DNA of 64,000 bases, taken from positions 310,001-374,000 of the forward strand of contig NW_025767406.1 of NCBI RefSeq assembly GCF_003918875.1. The letters run 5' to 3'. The stretch is from Haliotis rubra. Lineage: Eukaryota. Both the position numbers and the translations under genes were made by a program. Shown here one piece after another: positions 1 through 11,445 of the stretch (position 1 is its first letter; each line of letters starts with the position of its first letter). Under the pieces are notes generated by a model. It saw nothing but the letters and a program-made list of their open reading frames with translations, was not told the DNA's origin and did no database searches.

Positions 1-239
1 CCAGGTTAAATACCGTATATCTTCACATAAGAGTATATATAACATGCCAGGATGGCACACAGTAAGGCAGTATACACCAGGTTAAATACCGTATATCTTC
101 ACATAAGAGTATATATAACATGCCAGGATGGCACACTGTAAGGCAGTATACACCAGGTTAAATACCGTATATCTTCACATAAGAGTATATATAACATGCC
201 AGGATGGCACACAGTAAGGCAGTATACACCAGGTTAAAT
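1..239. repeat. 76-bp tandem repeat (3+ copies, truncated by window start)
   Basis: Unit ccaggttaaataccg...gcagtataca restarts at 1, 77, 153, 229. Confidence 0.95.
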
Positions 240-789
240 GCTTCCAGTGGCAGAGTAAAGCCAAAATAAATGTAACGCCGATAATTTTAATGAAACCTGG
301 GTTAAAAAATGTAACATTAATTGATAATTGATTATCATCAATAATTAATCAAGTAACGCGAGTTGGCACTCCGGGCGATGGACCCCCCAAAATGCTCCCT
401 CACGTTAATCAGAGAAAGTCCGGTAGATCTAAATGACGCTATTTTCTCCAAGATGGAAATATCCGTCACTAGCTGCAAACCTTTTCGCAGTCAAACACTC
501 TAAAAAGGATTTAACACGTAACAAACGTCAGCTTGTAATAAGCTTACGGCCAATGTACCGAATGATCGGTTTAAGAAACACACATACGTTTGAAAAGATG
601 GCTGTTTAAAGTCTAAATAAAACTATACGGCGTGACACAGCTCATCCCTGCCCTGGCAATCACTGCAGATCGAAGCATTCACCGGCCACGTCGTCTTCCG
701 TGCAGTCATGGCGTCTCGGCATGACGCGGAAGTGTACCATGAGCTGAGGAAATGTGATTACTGCTGCCACACCCCATGTGTGGCTTGTT

Positions 790-1700
790 TCGAATACTTG
801 CTGTTTAACGCCGCACTTATCAATGGTCAAGGTATATGATGACGACCTATAAGTAATGGAGTCTTGAACAAAATCTGACATCATGAGCATCGATCCACGT
901 GTACGTTTTGTTTGTTTGTTGTTTAACGCCGCACTCATCAATGGTCAAGGTATATGATGACGACCTATAAGTAATGGCGTCTTGAACAAATAATCTGACA
1001 TCATGAGCATCGATCCACGTGTACGTTTTGTTTGTTTGTTGTTTAACGCCGCACTCATCAATGGTCAAGGTATATGATGACGACCTATAAGTAATGGCGT
1101 CTTGAACAAATAATCTGACATCATGAGCATCGATCCACGTGTACGTTTTGTTTGTTTGTTGTTTAACGCCGCACTCATCAATGGTCAAGGTATATGATGA
1201 CGACCTGGAAGTAATGGCGTCTTGAACAAATGATCCGACATCATGAACATCGATCCACGTGTACGTTATGTTTGTTTGTTTGTTTGTTGTTTAACGCCCA
1301 CACTCAGCAATAGTCAAGGTATATGGTAGATTACCTGTAAGTATTGGAGTCTTGAACAAATGATCCGACATCATGAACATCGATCCACGTGAAAGTTTTG
1401 TTTATTTGTTTGTTTGTTGTTTAACGCCGCACTCAGCAATAGTCAAGGTATATGGTATATTACCTGGAAGTATTGGAGTCTTGAACAAATGATCCGACAT
1501 CATGAACACCGATTCACGTGTACGTTTTGTTTGTTTGTTTGTTGTTTAACGCCGCACTCACCAATGGTCACGGAAAATGACCACGGTATGTAAGAAATGG
1601 TTTCTTGACCAAACAATCTGACATGAACATCGATCCACTTGAAAGGGATTCGATGACAATTAAGCAAGTCAGCAGCCAGTGCGACTAGTCCCCCCAGTAG
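790..1700 (-). repeat. ~120-bp tandem array (~6.5 copies) built from the 3' part of the headless SINE-B
   Basis: Period 120 (901/1021/1141 identical); unit contains the reverse complement of SINE tail gagtgcggcgttaaacaacaaacaaac and body gatcgatgctcatga; runs into SINE body remnant caagtcagc near 1665. Confidence 0.85.
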
Positions 1701-1899
1701 ATTTGTTTGTTTGGTTCTGGGAATCTATATTCTCCTCCGGAATATAGGTGTGATTGCTTCGTATATAACTGTAAAAATATAATAAACATGTTGTGAATGT
1801 GCGTATGTCAGTGTGTTTGCGCGTGTGTGTAGCGTGTGCGTACACATCACACTTTGAAGAAATGCTAATTGTTATCTAACCATTGAAAATCACCGGTGT

Positions 1900-2570
1900 G
1901 GTGATATACCTCTTGTTAAATAATGGATGATTCTCCCAATGATCAAGCATTACGTATTTGATGATTACGTATAGGATTGTCATGTCCAAGGGATGATGGC
2001 TAAGACGTACGTTTAGGATTTGAGATGGAAAACGTTGGTGATGTCTATTACTATACCTCTTGATAAATAATGGGTTTCATCTATGATCAAGCATAACGAA
2101 GTTCATCATAGGATATGATCACGGATGCTGATCAAGATGTAGTTTTAGGATTTGAGATGGAAAACGTTCGTGATGTCTATTACTATACCTCTTGATAAAT
2201 AATGGGTTTTATCTATGATCAAGCATTACAAAGTTGATCACAGGATTGTCATGTCCAAGGGATGATGGCTAAGACGTACGTTTAGGATTTGAGATGGAAA
2301 ACGTTGGTGATGTCTGTTGCTATACCTCTTAATACTGGGTTTCATCTATGATCAAGCATTACGAAGTTAATGATAGGATTGTCATGTCCACGGATGATGG
2401 CTAAGACGTACGTTTAGGATTTGAGATGGAAAACGTTGGTGATGTCTATTGCTATACCTCTTGATAAATAATGGGTTTCATCTATGATCAAGTATTACGA
2501 ACTTGATCATAGGATTGTCATGTCCACGGATGATGATCAAGATGTAGTTTTAGGATTTGAGATGGAAACG
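1900..2570. repeat. ~130-140-bp diverged tandem repeat (~5 copies)
   Basis: tatacctcttgataaataatggg...tttaggatttgagatggaaa recurs near 1905, 2052, 2184, 2321, 2453. Confidence 0.9.
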
Positions 2571-4139
2571 TAAAGGCAGAAGGTTTTCTCGTCTTATGCC
2601 AATATTTTAGTCCAAGCATATACGGCCCCTATGTCATAGCGTTTGGACCAAGGGAATCAGTGGTCAATATTATGAGAGTATCATCTGGATAGGAAAGAAT
2701 ATATTTTATAAAAAGAATACGTATTATGTCTTTCCTGTTTCAAAGTATTGTCGGGCGAACAGTAACAAATCATTGAAATTAGTCTTTCCTAAGTCACTTT
2801 CTTCCAGGGTTTGTTTATTTGCCGAGATTAGTCTACATTTAATAATGTTCCATGGATGTTTGACATGTAGGCTGTTTCAGTCATAAGGTTGACATACGTT
2901 TAAGACGAGGTTTGCTAATAGAAGGCTTCAACATCTTATAACTCGAGTGAATATTTTAAAATTATGAAAATTGAAATTGTACTGAAAAACTGAATTCTGC
3001 CTTAATGAAGAACGCCTAACATTTGTTCAGTTCAGATGTAGTCGAACAAAACAAAATATTCCACTTAAGGTCGAAATACATGAAACGGCAATTTAAAGCC
3101 GGATAAGGAATGTCAAACATAATCTTTGTCCGTAAAACAAAACAGTGCATGTGTCTGTAACATCTGAGAGGGAATTCTGGACACGAGTTGTAAATGTGTG
3201 TGTATTATCCAAGAGATGGCGTGAGGGGGACTGAATGAATTAAATAATGACATCAAGAGATCCAATATCGAGATCGAAATATATCCTGAATTGCATATAT
3301 TTAAATGACAAGGATATATGTTTTGTACAAAGGTTAAGATCATTAGATCATTTCTGCGTAATAATGTATAGTACAATGGTGGAGAGAGACGTGGGTAGTT
3401 AGTTTGTGTGTGTGTGTGTGTGAGTGAGTGAGAGAGAGAGTTAGTGAGTGAGTGAGTGAGTGAGAGACAGTATATATGTGTGTGTGCGTGCGTGTGTGTA
3501 TATATATGTGCATGTGTGTGTGAGAGAGAGGAAGGGTATGAACGTCTGTGTGGGTATGTGCGTGTGTGTGTACGTACGTGTGTGGGCGCGCATTGTGTTC
3601 CCGAGTGTCAGCTACAGCCCCAACTCTAGATTGACGCCAATCATTTCAAGTTATTGTCAGTATTAAGTAGAGCCAGTTAGTGCTAATCTTTAAAGAGATG
3701 ACATAAAGGCCAAATTCACTCCTGCAAAATATAGATTGTTTCCCAGTCTGCACTGACAATCTTCCACCCAGTGATGAGGTCAGGTTGTTTACTGTAGGTT
3801 ATTCTTGTACGATTGTATAGATCGTTCTCAAAGTCACTGTACAATGATTTTCTTGATTATGTTTATTTTCTGACTTAACTTTACTTTAAGAGAGGAATGT
3901 ACACTGAGTGAATATACATTGATACGGCTTTTACTTACACAGCCAGTGTTTGACAAGACGGTCAGGAACCGAGTCAAACATTTATGAAGGTAAATACAGA
4001 ATACGAACAATTTGGCAAACACGAGCAGATACGTTATAAGGATCAGCGGCTTACACGGACTGAAGGCAAACAATACAAGTAATAATGCTCTATTCATATT
4101 CCTTCACTGAAACATACCACGATGGGCTAACACGGCAGT

Positions 4140-4240
4140 GGAGTGACAACAGTTCTCAAAGAATTGCACTGGCTACCAGTGAGACAGAGTCATGTTAAAC
4201 TGCTGTTGTTTGTCTACAAATCGCTGAATGGTCTGGCTAC
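4140..4240 (+). mobile_element. L2-clade LINE fragment (ORF2 C-terminal region)
   Basis: Translates ELHWLPVRQ..KLLLFVYKSLNGLA, the typical L2 'LHWLP..FK..L.YK.L.GLAP' motif. Confidence 0.75.
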
Positions 4241-4479
4241 AAGTGCAGCATAGCCGTGCTGAACTGCTGCTATTTGTCTGCATGCCTCTTAATGGTCTCG
4301 CTCCAGTGTAACAGCAAGAACTTTAGATTTTTCAAACCGAACGGGTATCACTATCTGAATGCCAATAACGGATGATGGATTGGCTTTGAGGTGAAATGTA
4401 CGGAATCTAACGGCGGAATTTTAGATTCTTGCCTGTGCAAATTTGTGAGCCATTGAAATTATACCATACCGTAGATAAA

Positions 4480-4660
4480 ATACCCAGACATTTTACGAAC
4501 TCCGAACCAGTCTTCTTTGTTTAAATCTCCGTATTGCCAAGAGCCAGGGCAACTACAAGTTTCATATTTTAACTTCTTTTGGTATGACGCTACCGAGAGT
4601 CGAACACCGACGTTCATTTCTCTGGACAGAAGCTCTATCCACTAAACCACAATCTCTGCC
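4480..4660 (-). mobile_element. Degenerate tRNA-head Meta-domain-type SINE
   Basis: Minus strand B-box-like gttcgactc followed by gtcataccaaaagaagttaaaa...gactggtt, resembling the Meta/MESC central domain as I recall it. Confidence 0.55.
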
Positions 4661-5057
4661 TTCGGAACATGAAATGGTTGAAACTGTAAAATAGACAAAT
4701 CTGGTTATGCTAAAGTAAGTTTGAGAACTGGCGACTCTTTTGGGAGACTCGGTTAGAAGAGAGAACCATCGAACATTCCCTAGCACACGTTCTACCCACA
4801 ACACTACGGAGGCGGTCATTCATGTTCAATTCCAACATCGGTACAATGTATGACGTAAACCGTCTGGGCGTGAACCGCTTTGATATGGCTAGGCTATTAT
4901 TGAAAGACTAAACTGACGTCACTTTTAAAATGACCTCATTAAAGGAGGAAAACAGTTTTACGGTCACTGCATGGGATACTGGACCATTTGGATGACTTGC
5001 TCGTGGTACGGATGACCTCAAACTCAAATATGGAACATCACCATGGCAGTATCCCAG

Positions 5058-5225
5058 AGGGGCGGTGGGGTAGCCTAGTGGTTAAAGCGTTGGCTCGTCA
5101 CGCCGAAGACCCGGGTTCGAATCCCCACATGGGTACAATGTGTGAAGCCCATTTCTGGTGTCCCCGCTGTGATGTTGCTGGAATATTGCTAAAAGCGGCG
5201 TTAAACTAAACTCAGTCAGTCAGTC
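5058..5225 (+). mobile_element. tRNA-derived SINE family A (representative; other copies ~7092-7240-, 7442-7568-, 11480-11640-, 15920-16063-, 17938-18090-, 22809-22945-, 23193-23295-, 27667-27826+, 33090-33230-, 33242-33376+, 47692-47790+, 48720-48860-, 55578-55698+)
   Basis: A box tagcctagtgg, B box ggttcgaatcc, tail gctggaatattgctaaaagcggcg..(actc)n; flanking TSDs e.g. tcccaga here, tacaaccccag at the 27667 copy, ttctccttga at the 17938 copy. Confidence 0.92.
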
Positions 5226-6455
5226 TCCCAGAATAATGAAGTCTTTCTTTTTTATCATATGCAACTTTCCAGATAATTGTAATCACGGGATGTAAGTCAT
5301 TGTGATCACGGGTCATTATCACAAGTCATTGTGAAATCAACGTTTTGTGTCCGGCGTCATCAGAATGTCAACACACATCAACAATACTAGCGATGTAATT
5401 TGTGTATGACACAATGGTGCAAAAATAAAATCTATAAAGGACAATAGATGGATAACAAAAGCTCTTCTGTAAAGCCAAATTTGTGTTCCGCACCGTATGA
5501 ACATCATTATGCATGACTTTGCGCATTCACACTTGTTGAGACCCTGTCATATGAACCCATTGTGGACAAAGTAAGGCATCAAATATAGCTCCAGCGTCAT
5601 GAATACCACACGTTTAGTACTAAACAATAAAATCCAAGGGGAATATTCAAATTAGTCACACATAGACAAATATTCACATTGCTCACAGCACCACCAAAAT
5701 AATGTCGTAACTGACAGGTTACAGCGCCGATGCACCCGACGAAGGCTTTGTATTCCCTTGTCATGCCCGTTATTGACGGCAGGTGTTTTATAGGAGATAG
5801 TGCTGCTGTTACTCCCTACCAACAAAGGCAACCATGAGAACAAAAGGAATGTTGTAATAGCCTTGATGGTTGTTGATAACATGTTCCCCTAGGAACTGCC
5901 CTTGCCAGCAGATCTCTTTCCACAACTGAAATAAACTGTAGCCGTGATTTGTAAATCAGGACATTGTATCGAAGCGCGTTTATTGTCTTGTATCAGAAAG
6001 TAGATTTTATAAAGAACGGCGAGCAGTTGTTTTGGGGAGTTTTAAAAAAATAATCCTCGCTTAAGTAAGGTTTATTGCTCGGCGCAAGCATTTCTCAATT
6101 GTCCGCACTAACACATCAGGCATAATTGACGTTAAAACATTTTATATGCTTTCTTATTGATCCGTAATTCGAAATGTCCAATTTCTTAAAGGGGCAGTTT
6201 AAGTAAGTATGACATGTGGAGTGAACACACGTTACTGTTTTCTGCGAAGTAGTTGATCGTTTTTCATGGCTGTTTGCCCTGGCAAACCTAAACCACGAAG
6301 GTTGGGATAACATATTGCGACATGTATTCTTAAATGCATATATACTTGATCCTGGTCAGCATGAAGCACTTCCATAACTGCCGGGGAGGGTGTGAAGCTG
6401 AATCATCCAGTTTCGACCTCCGCTTGGGGTAAGGTGGATAGTGGCTCTATTTGTT

Positions 6456-6968
6456 TATAGTCTGTTTGCAGTGAAAACGTACCGATGAATTTGACTTTAA
6501 ACAAGAAAGTAAATCGAATAAAGTGAAATTAAGATTGCGAATCCATAAATAATTTTACCTTGCCAACTGAACATTTAAATATCAGAATTTTATTAAACTT
6601 AGGATAAAAGTTGTTTAACAAACGATCATAGTTTCAAATCGTTATTATTGGTTTGTATTACAAGGGTGTAAGCACATTAAATGAAACACCGAGAACAAGT
6701 TAACGCTCATCACTTACCGCACGTGCAATTGTTTCAGTGTTCCAACTACTGAGCTTACCCCCATGTAATACAAACCAATAATAGTGATTTGAATCTATGA
6801 TCGTTTGTTAAACAACTTTTATCCTAAGATGAATAAAATTCTGAGATTCAAATGTTCAATTGGCAAGGTAAAATTATGAGGATTCGCAATCTTAATTTCA
6901 CTTTATTTGATTTACTTTTTTGTTTAAAGTCAAATTCATCGGTACGTTTTCACTGCAAACAGACTATA
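6456..6968. mobile_element. Long-TIR palindromic MITE (~220-bp arms)
   Basis: tatagtctgtttgcagtgaaaacgtaccgatgaatttg... at 6456 is the reverse complement of ...caaattcatcggtacgttttcactgcaaacagactata ending 6968; ~75-bp spacer. Confidence 0.92.
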
Positions 6969-8355
6969 GTTATACTCTTAATAAGCCTGGAAGGGCGACA
7001 TGGTGTTTACCTCCTGTGTCATTCAAGGGGGACTACTCCTGTCTAGCATGAAATGTATGTTGTCTTAAAGAATACACCCTAGGAAGAATAGTGAGTGAGT
7101 ATCGTTTTACGCCGCTTTTAGCAATATTCCAGCAATATTACTGCGGGGGACACCAGAAATGGGCTGCACACATTGTACCCATGTTGGGAATTGGCGTGAC
7201 GAGCCAAAGCTTGAACCACTAGGCTACCCCACCGCCCCCCTCCGAAGGATATGTTGTTTGTTGAATGCCCTCACTGCTGTATGTGTTTTAAGTGTCCGAC
7301 TAGTTCCTCTTTAACAGTAGGTAAATTTCAACCAGTTCACGACGAGCCAACGTTACGTTGTAAACGTTATGAGTTTTGGATTCGAACCAAAAATTAAAGC
7401 ATCCATTGATTTATATACTGCGAACTGGACCAGTAACAAATGAGTGAGTTTAGTTTTAGCAATATTCCAGCAATATCACGACGGGGGACACCAAAAATGG
7501 GCTTCACACATTGTAGATGTGGGAATTGACGAGCGAACGCTTTAACCACTAAGCTACCCCACCGGCCCGTGACAAATGACGGCCTTAGGGTGAATGAATA
7601 CAGAATTCGGTTATCATTTTCGATATCGAACTGGATCATCTAAGAACATTGTATTAATATCCAATAAAATCAATATTTTGCAACGACCGTGTCTTTCTAT
7701 GAGTGATAGTGACATAAAGGATGATGAAAATTAAACACCATCAAGGCGAGCTGTGTGTTCACCTGTACGTGGGTTAAACAACATTCTCCTGAAGAGACAG
7801 TGTTTTACTCAACTGAACATCAATAAAGAGGCATGTGGACCTTTTTCCCGCGTTGGATTGGGGATTATTTCAGCCTCGCTTTATCGCGCATTATCTAAAA
7901 GGCGTGAGTGAAAGAATGCATCATGCAGGCGCTCGAGTGTCTCAACACCGGCAGATGCTTCACAGGGCATGACTCTTCCATTTAATCGTTGATCTCTGGA
8001 CACAATTGACACCTAAACAAAATGCGTATCTCTACTCTTGGGGACCGTTTATATAGCTTCCCTCGTCGGTGTCTGGTAAATTGGTGCTTTGCAGATACAC
8101 TTGTGTGAGCAATGGGGAACCTGCATGGAACGCTGTGGTTGAAGCAGTGGGTGAGAGGTATATCATAGAACTCTGGAGTGTGTGTTTAGAGACAAATCCC
8201 ATCAAGCACGGGGAGGCACCAGCTGTATCGTGTAACACACCTCAAGCTATTTGTCTGACGACTGGCGTGACAGTCCCACAAGTAACACACAGAAAGCGGG
8301 ATCAGAATTATTTCATCAAGGAAGGAGTTGGCGGAAATCAGTGTTGTGCCTGGTC

Positions 8356-8777
8356 TGTGGTATGGAGGTGTGCTGTGATACTCAGTCTGGGTGGTATTGT
8401 GCTGTGAGTGAATCTGAATGTGAAAATCCGCTTGTGTTGTATGGTGGGGTCTGTGATCTGTTTTGTGGTATGGAGGTGTGCTGTGATACTCAGTCTGGGT
8501 GGTATTGTGCTGTGAGTGAATCTGAATGTGAAAATCCGCTTGTGTTGTATGGTGGGGTCTGTGATCTGTTTTGTGGTATGGAGGTGTGCTGTGATACTCA
8601 TTCTGGGTGGTATTGTGCTGTGAGTGAATCTGAATGTGAAAATCCGCTTGTGTTGTATCTGATCTGTTTTGTGGTAAAATCCGCTTGATACTCAGTCTGG
8701 GTGGTATTGTGCTGTGAGTGAATCTGAATTTGAAAATCCGCTTGTGTTGTATGGTGGGGTCTGTGATCTGTTTTGTG
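8356..8777. repeat. 108-bp tandem repeat (~4 copies) followed by (GT)/(GA) microsatellite to the N-gap
   Basis: tgtggtatggaggtg restarts at 8356, 8464, 8572. Confidence 0.92.
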
Positions 8778-10049
8778 AGTGTGTGAGTGTGTGTGTGAGA
8801 GAGAGAGAGAGAGAAAGAGAGAAAGAAAGAGTGAGATAGAGAGAGTGATGTTTGAGTGTGAGTGCGTGTGTGTGAGAGGGTGATGTTTGAGTGTGTGTGT
8901 GTGTGTGAGTGTGAGAGAGTGATGCTTGAGTGTGTGTGAGGTGTGTGAGAGATGTTTGAATGTGTGTGAGAGAGAGTGATGTTTGAGTGTGTGTATGTGA
9001 GTGTGAGAGAGTGAGTGATGCTTGAGTGTGTGTGTGTGAGTGAGAGACTGATGTTTGAGTGTGTGAGGTGTGTGAGATAGATGTTTTGTGTTTGTGTGNN
9101 NNNNNNNNNNNNNNNNNNNNNNNNNNNNNNNNNNNNNNNNNNNNNNNNNNNNNNNNNNNNNNNNNNNNNNNNNNNNNNNNNNNNNNNNNNNNNNNNNNNN
9201 NNNNNNNNNNNNNNNNNNNNNNNNNNNNNNNNNNNNNNNNNNNNNNNNNNNNNNNNNNNNNNGAGAGGTGTTTGAGTGAAAAAGAATAATTAACCAGCTA
9301 CAAAACTTGACGTTTTAGAATAACATTTGAGTGGAGCATGGGTGTTATATCACTTTATACATGCATAATACAGCATCTGTACTTTAGACGAACCATATAT
9401 GTACGTTGCAATATGTTCAACACAGATTCCATGTACGATATTCAGCAGTACATTCTTGCGTTCACGTCGTTGCACTATGTAACTTCAGTAATTCTATATT
9501 GATTTTCCCCATTTTAACATATCCTGGATATATCGTCTTTAGAACATACTGACAGTCTTAGCATTATTCGTTTCCTGGTCAATGATCCTTCCCAACATAG
9601 CTACTCTGATTGTTGAAGAAGTTGTTCATTTCAGTGATCTACCAATGTCAGAAAACTACAGCTATGTGAGATGTCCGACATGGGTAGTCAGTGTAGAAAG
9701 CTGTTTACGCCGATGAATCTAGTCAATTGTAAACATACAACAGCCAAGTCGACACCGAGAGTCGAGTTTTCTAGAGAACGTAAAGACACTTAGGCGTGCT
9801 TCGTTACAACATTAATGACTTAAGAGACCTGGCTTCGCATGGTTCTGAGTGTTTTGATAGAACTAGGGAAGCATTTTGTTCCTGTAGAGTTCAATTGCGA
9901 AAACATAATTGGAAATGAATCGATATATTCATCCATAAAACATCAATCGTTTTGCCTCTGAAAAGATGCAGTTGAAGAAAATCAAATATGAAATGAAACA
10001 CTTATAGTGGAAAGAGGCAGCGGATTTGTTGAAAGAAGAATGAAATCTC

Positions 10050-10570
10050 AGAGTTACATGGTGGATCATTACGGTTATTTAGTGGACCACATGGTGGGTC
10101 ACCACAGTTACATAGCGGATCACAACAGTTACATGGTGGATGTAGTAGATAATAACAGTTACATGTTGGATCATCACGGTTACATAGTGGACTAAATATA
10201 GGATCACTACAGTTACATAGTGGATCATCACGGTTACATAGTGGATCATCACGGTTACATAGTGGATCATCACAGTTACATAGTGGACGTCCACATTTAC
10301 ATAGTGGATCATCACGGTTACATAGTGGATCACTACAGTTACATAGTGGATCATCACGGTTACATAGTGGATCATCACGGTTACATAGTGGATCATCACG
10401 GTTACATAGTGGATCATCACAGTTACATAGTGGATCATCACGGTTACATAGTGGACGTCCACATTTACATAGTGGATCATCACAGTTACATAGTGGATCA
10501 TCACGGTTACATAGTGAACGTCCACATTTACATAGTGGATCATCACAGTTACATAGTGGATCATCACAGG
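10050..10570. repeat. 21-bp minisatellite (ttacatagtggatcatcacgg)
   Basis: More than 20 near-identical units; gives 7-aa periodic ORFs on both strands. Confidence 0.95.
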
Positions 10571-10789
10571 AATAGGTAACACAAATGATCCTGTTCCACA
10601 TGATATATACTAGGAACGAGTCTGAGATAGACAAGACGGGGGCGGTGTGTGGTCCTGTACATAGATCCCAGGTCACACATCAGTTGCATTTTAGCAGCGT
10701 TGGTCACGGAGAGTCGTTGTACTTCTGGCCGTGTCCTGCAGCTGGACTCCTGAAAGTTTCTAGGACTTTTGTTTTGCCCGAAGTACACG

Positions 10790-10960
10790 TGACACATATG
10801 AGTTTGTTTAAGATTGCTTCTGTTCATCCAGCAGTAAATGGGTACCCGGTGGTATAAGTCATATGACTATTTTCCTTCTAGCGCCTCACGGGCAGCTTGG
10901 TTTAACAGGAGTAATCATGTCCATTATGTTGTGTTGCGCGTGGAGCATGTTCACGTCATA
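10790..10960 (+). mobile_element. CORE-SINE fragment
   Basis: ctgttcatccagcagtaaatgggtacc matches the CORE segment of the 53916 element. Confidence 0.6.
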
Positions 10961-11179
10961 GAAGTGACTTTTGATTGGCATTCTAGAAGCTGAGGAGATG
11001 AAGAATGAGGATATGACGTTGATTGACATTAGACATTAGAATCCTACAGATGGACAGAACCTTGTTTTAGTGATGAAGTCAACACTATTTTTCCTTATTG
11101 AACACAACTGGAAATTTTAGATATTTTGCTCGCAGTCGGAATTGCCTACCATGTCAATGGTAAATCAATGCCAATAGAA

Positions 11180-11445
11180 TGAGTGAGTGAGTGAGTGAGT
11201 GAGTGAGTGAGTTGGGTTAATCCCCACTTCAAACAGTATTCCAGTTATATTTTGGCGTGTACGTCTGGACAAAAGTCCCAAACAATTTCAAGTCTGAGAC
11301 GTGTACGCCCTTTGGGAGCCCAGGGTACGGGTATTGTGCTGACAAACCTAGATATCCAATCTGGGCGAATCTGGGTTCGAACCCACTGTAGAGATCTCCG
11401 GGGTAGCCAACTGAAGCAGCTCGGCACAACGACGACTGGGCCCCT
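11180..11445 (-). mobile_element. Third SINE family (C), (actc)n tail; related remnants near 22990-23185 and 29540-30210
   Basis: (gagt)n tail on + strand, B-box gggttcgaaccc near the head. Confidence 0.6.

Noticed and set aside
620-745. GC-rich segment as exon 2 of the signal-peptide gene
   Set aside because: The phase-1 reading after the candidate acceptor hits a stop after 11 codons
1-2570. Regularly spaced repeats as a CRISPR array
   Set aside because: Whole units repeat with no unique spacers; eukaryotic context; no cas genes
5058-5135. tRNA gene
   Set aside because: The tRNA-like head continues into SINE body and tail, has TSDs and is multi-copy; the same applies to the other A/B-box hits
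8251-8688. Cys-rich 36-aa repeat ORF
   Set aside because: Units are essentially identical at DNA level (108-bp tandem repeat) and the opposite strand is also open
9059-9289. ORFs spanning N runs (also 31725-32061)
   Set aside because: Assembly gaps
9677-9692. miR-71-like string gacatgggtagt
   Set aside because: Seed TGAAAGA absent and no precursor hairpin
10002-10676. Cys/Asp-rich 224-aa ORF (CNRDDPL)n resembling a metallothionein or shell protein
   Set aside because: 21-bp minisatellite open in several frames on both strands, with no third-position bias or convincing splice context
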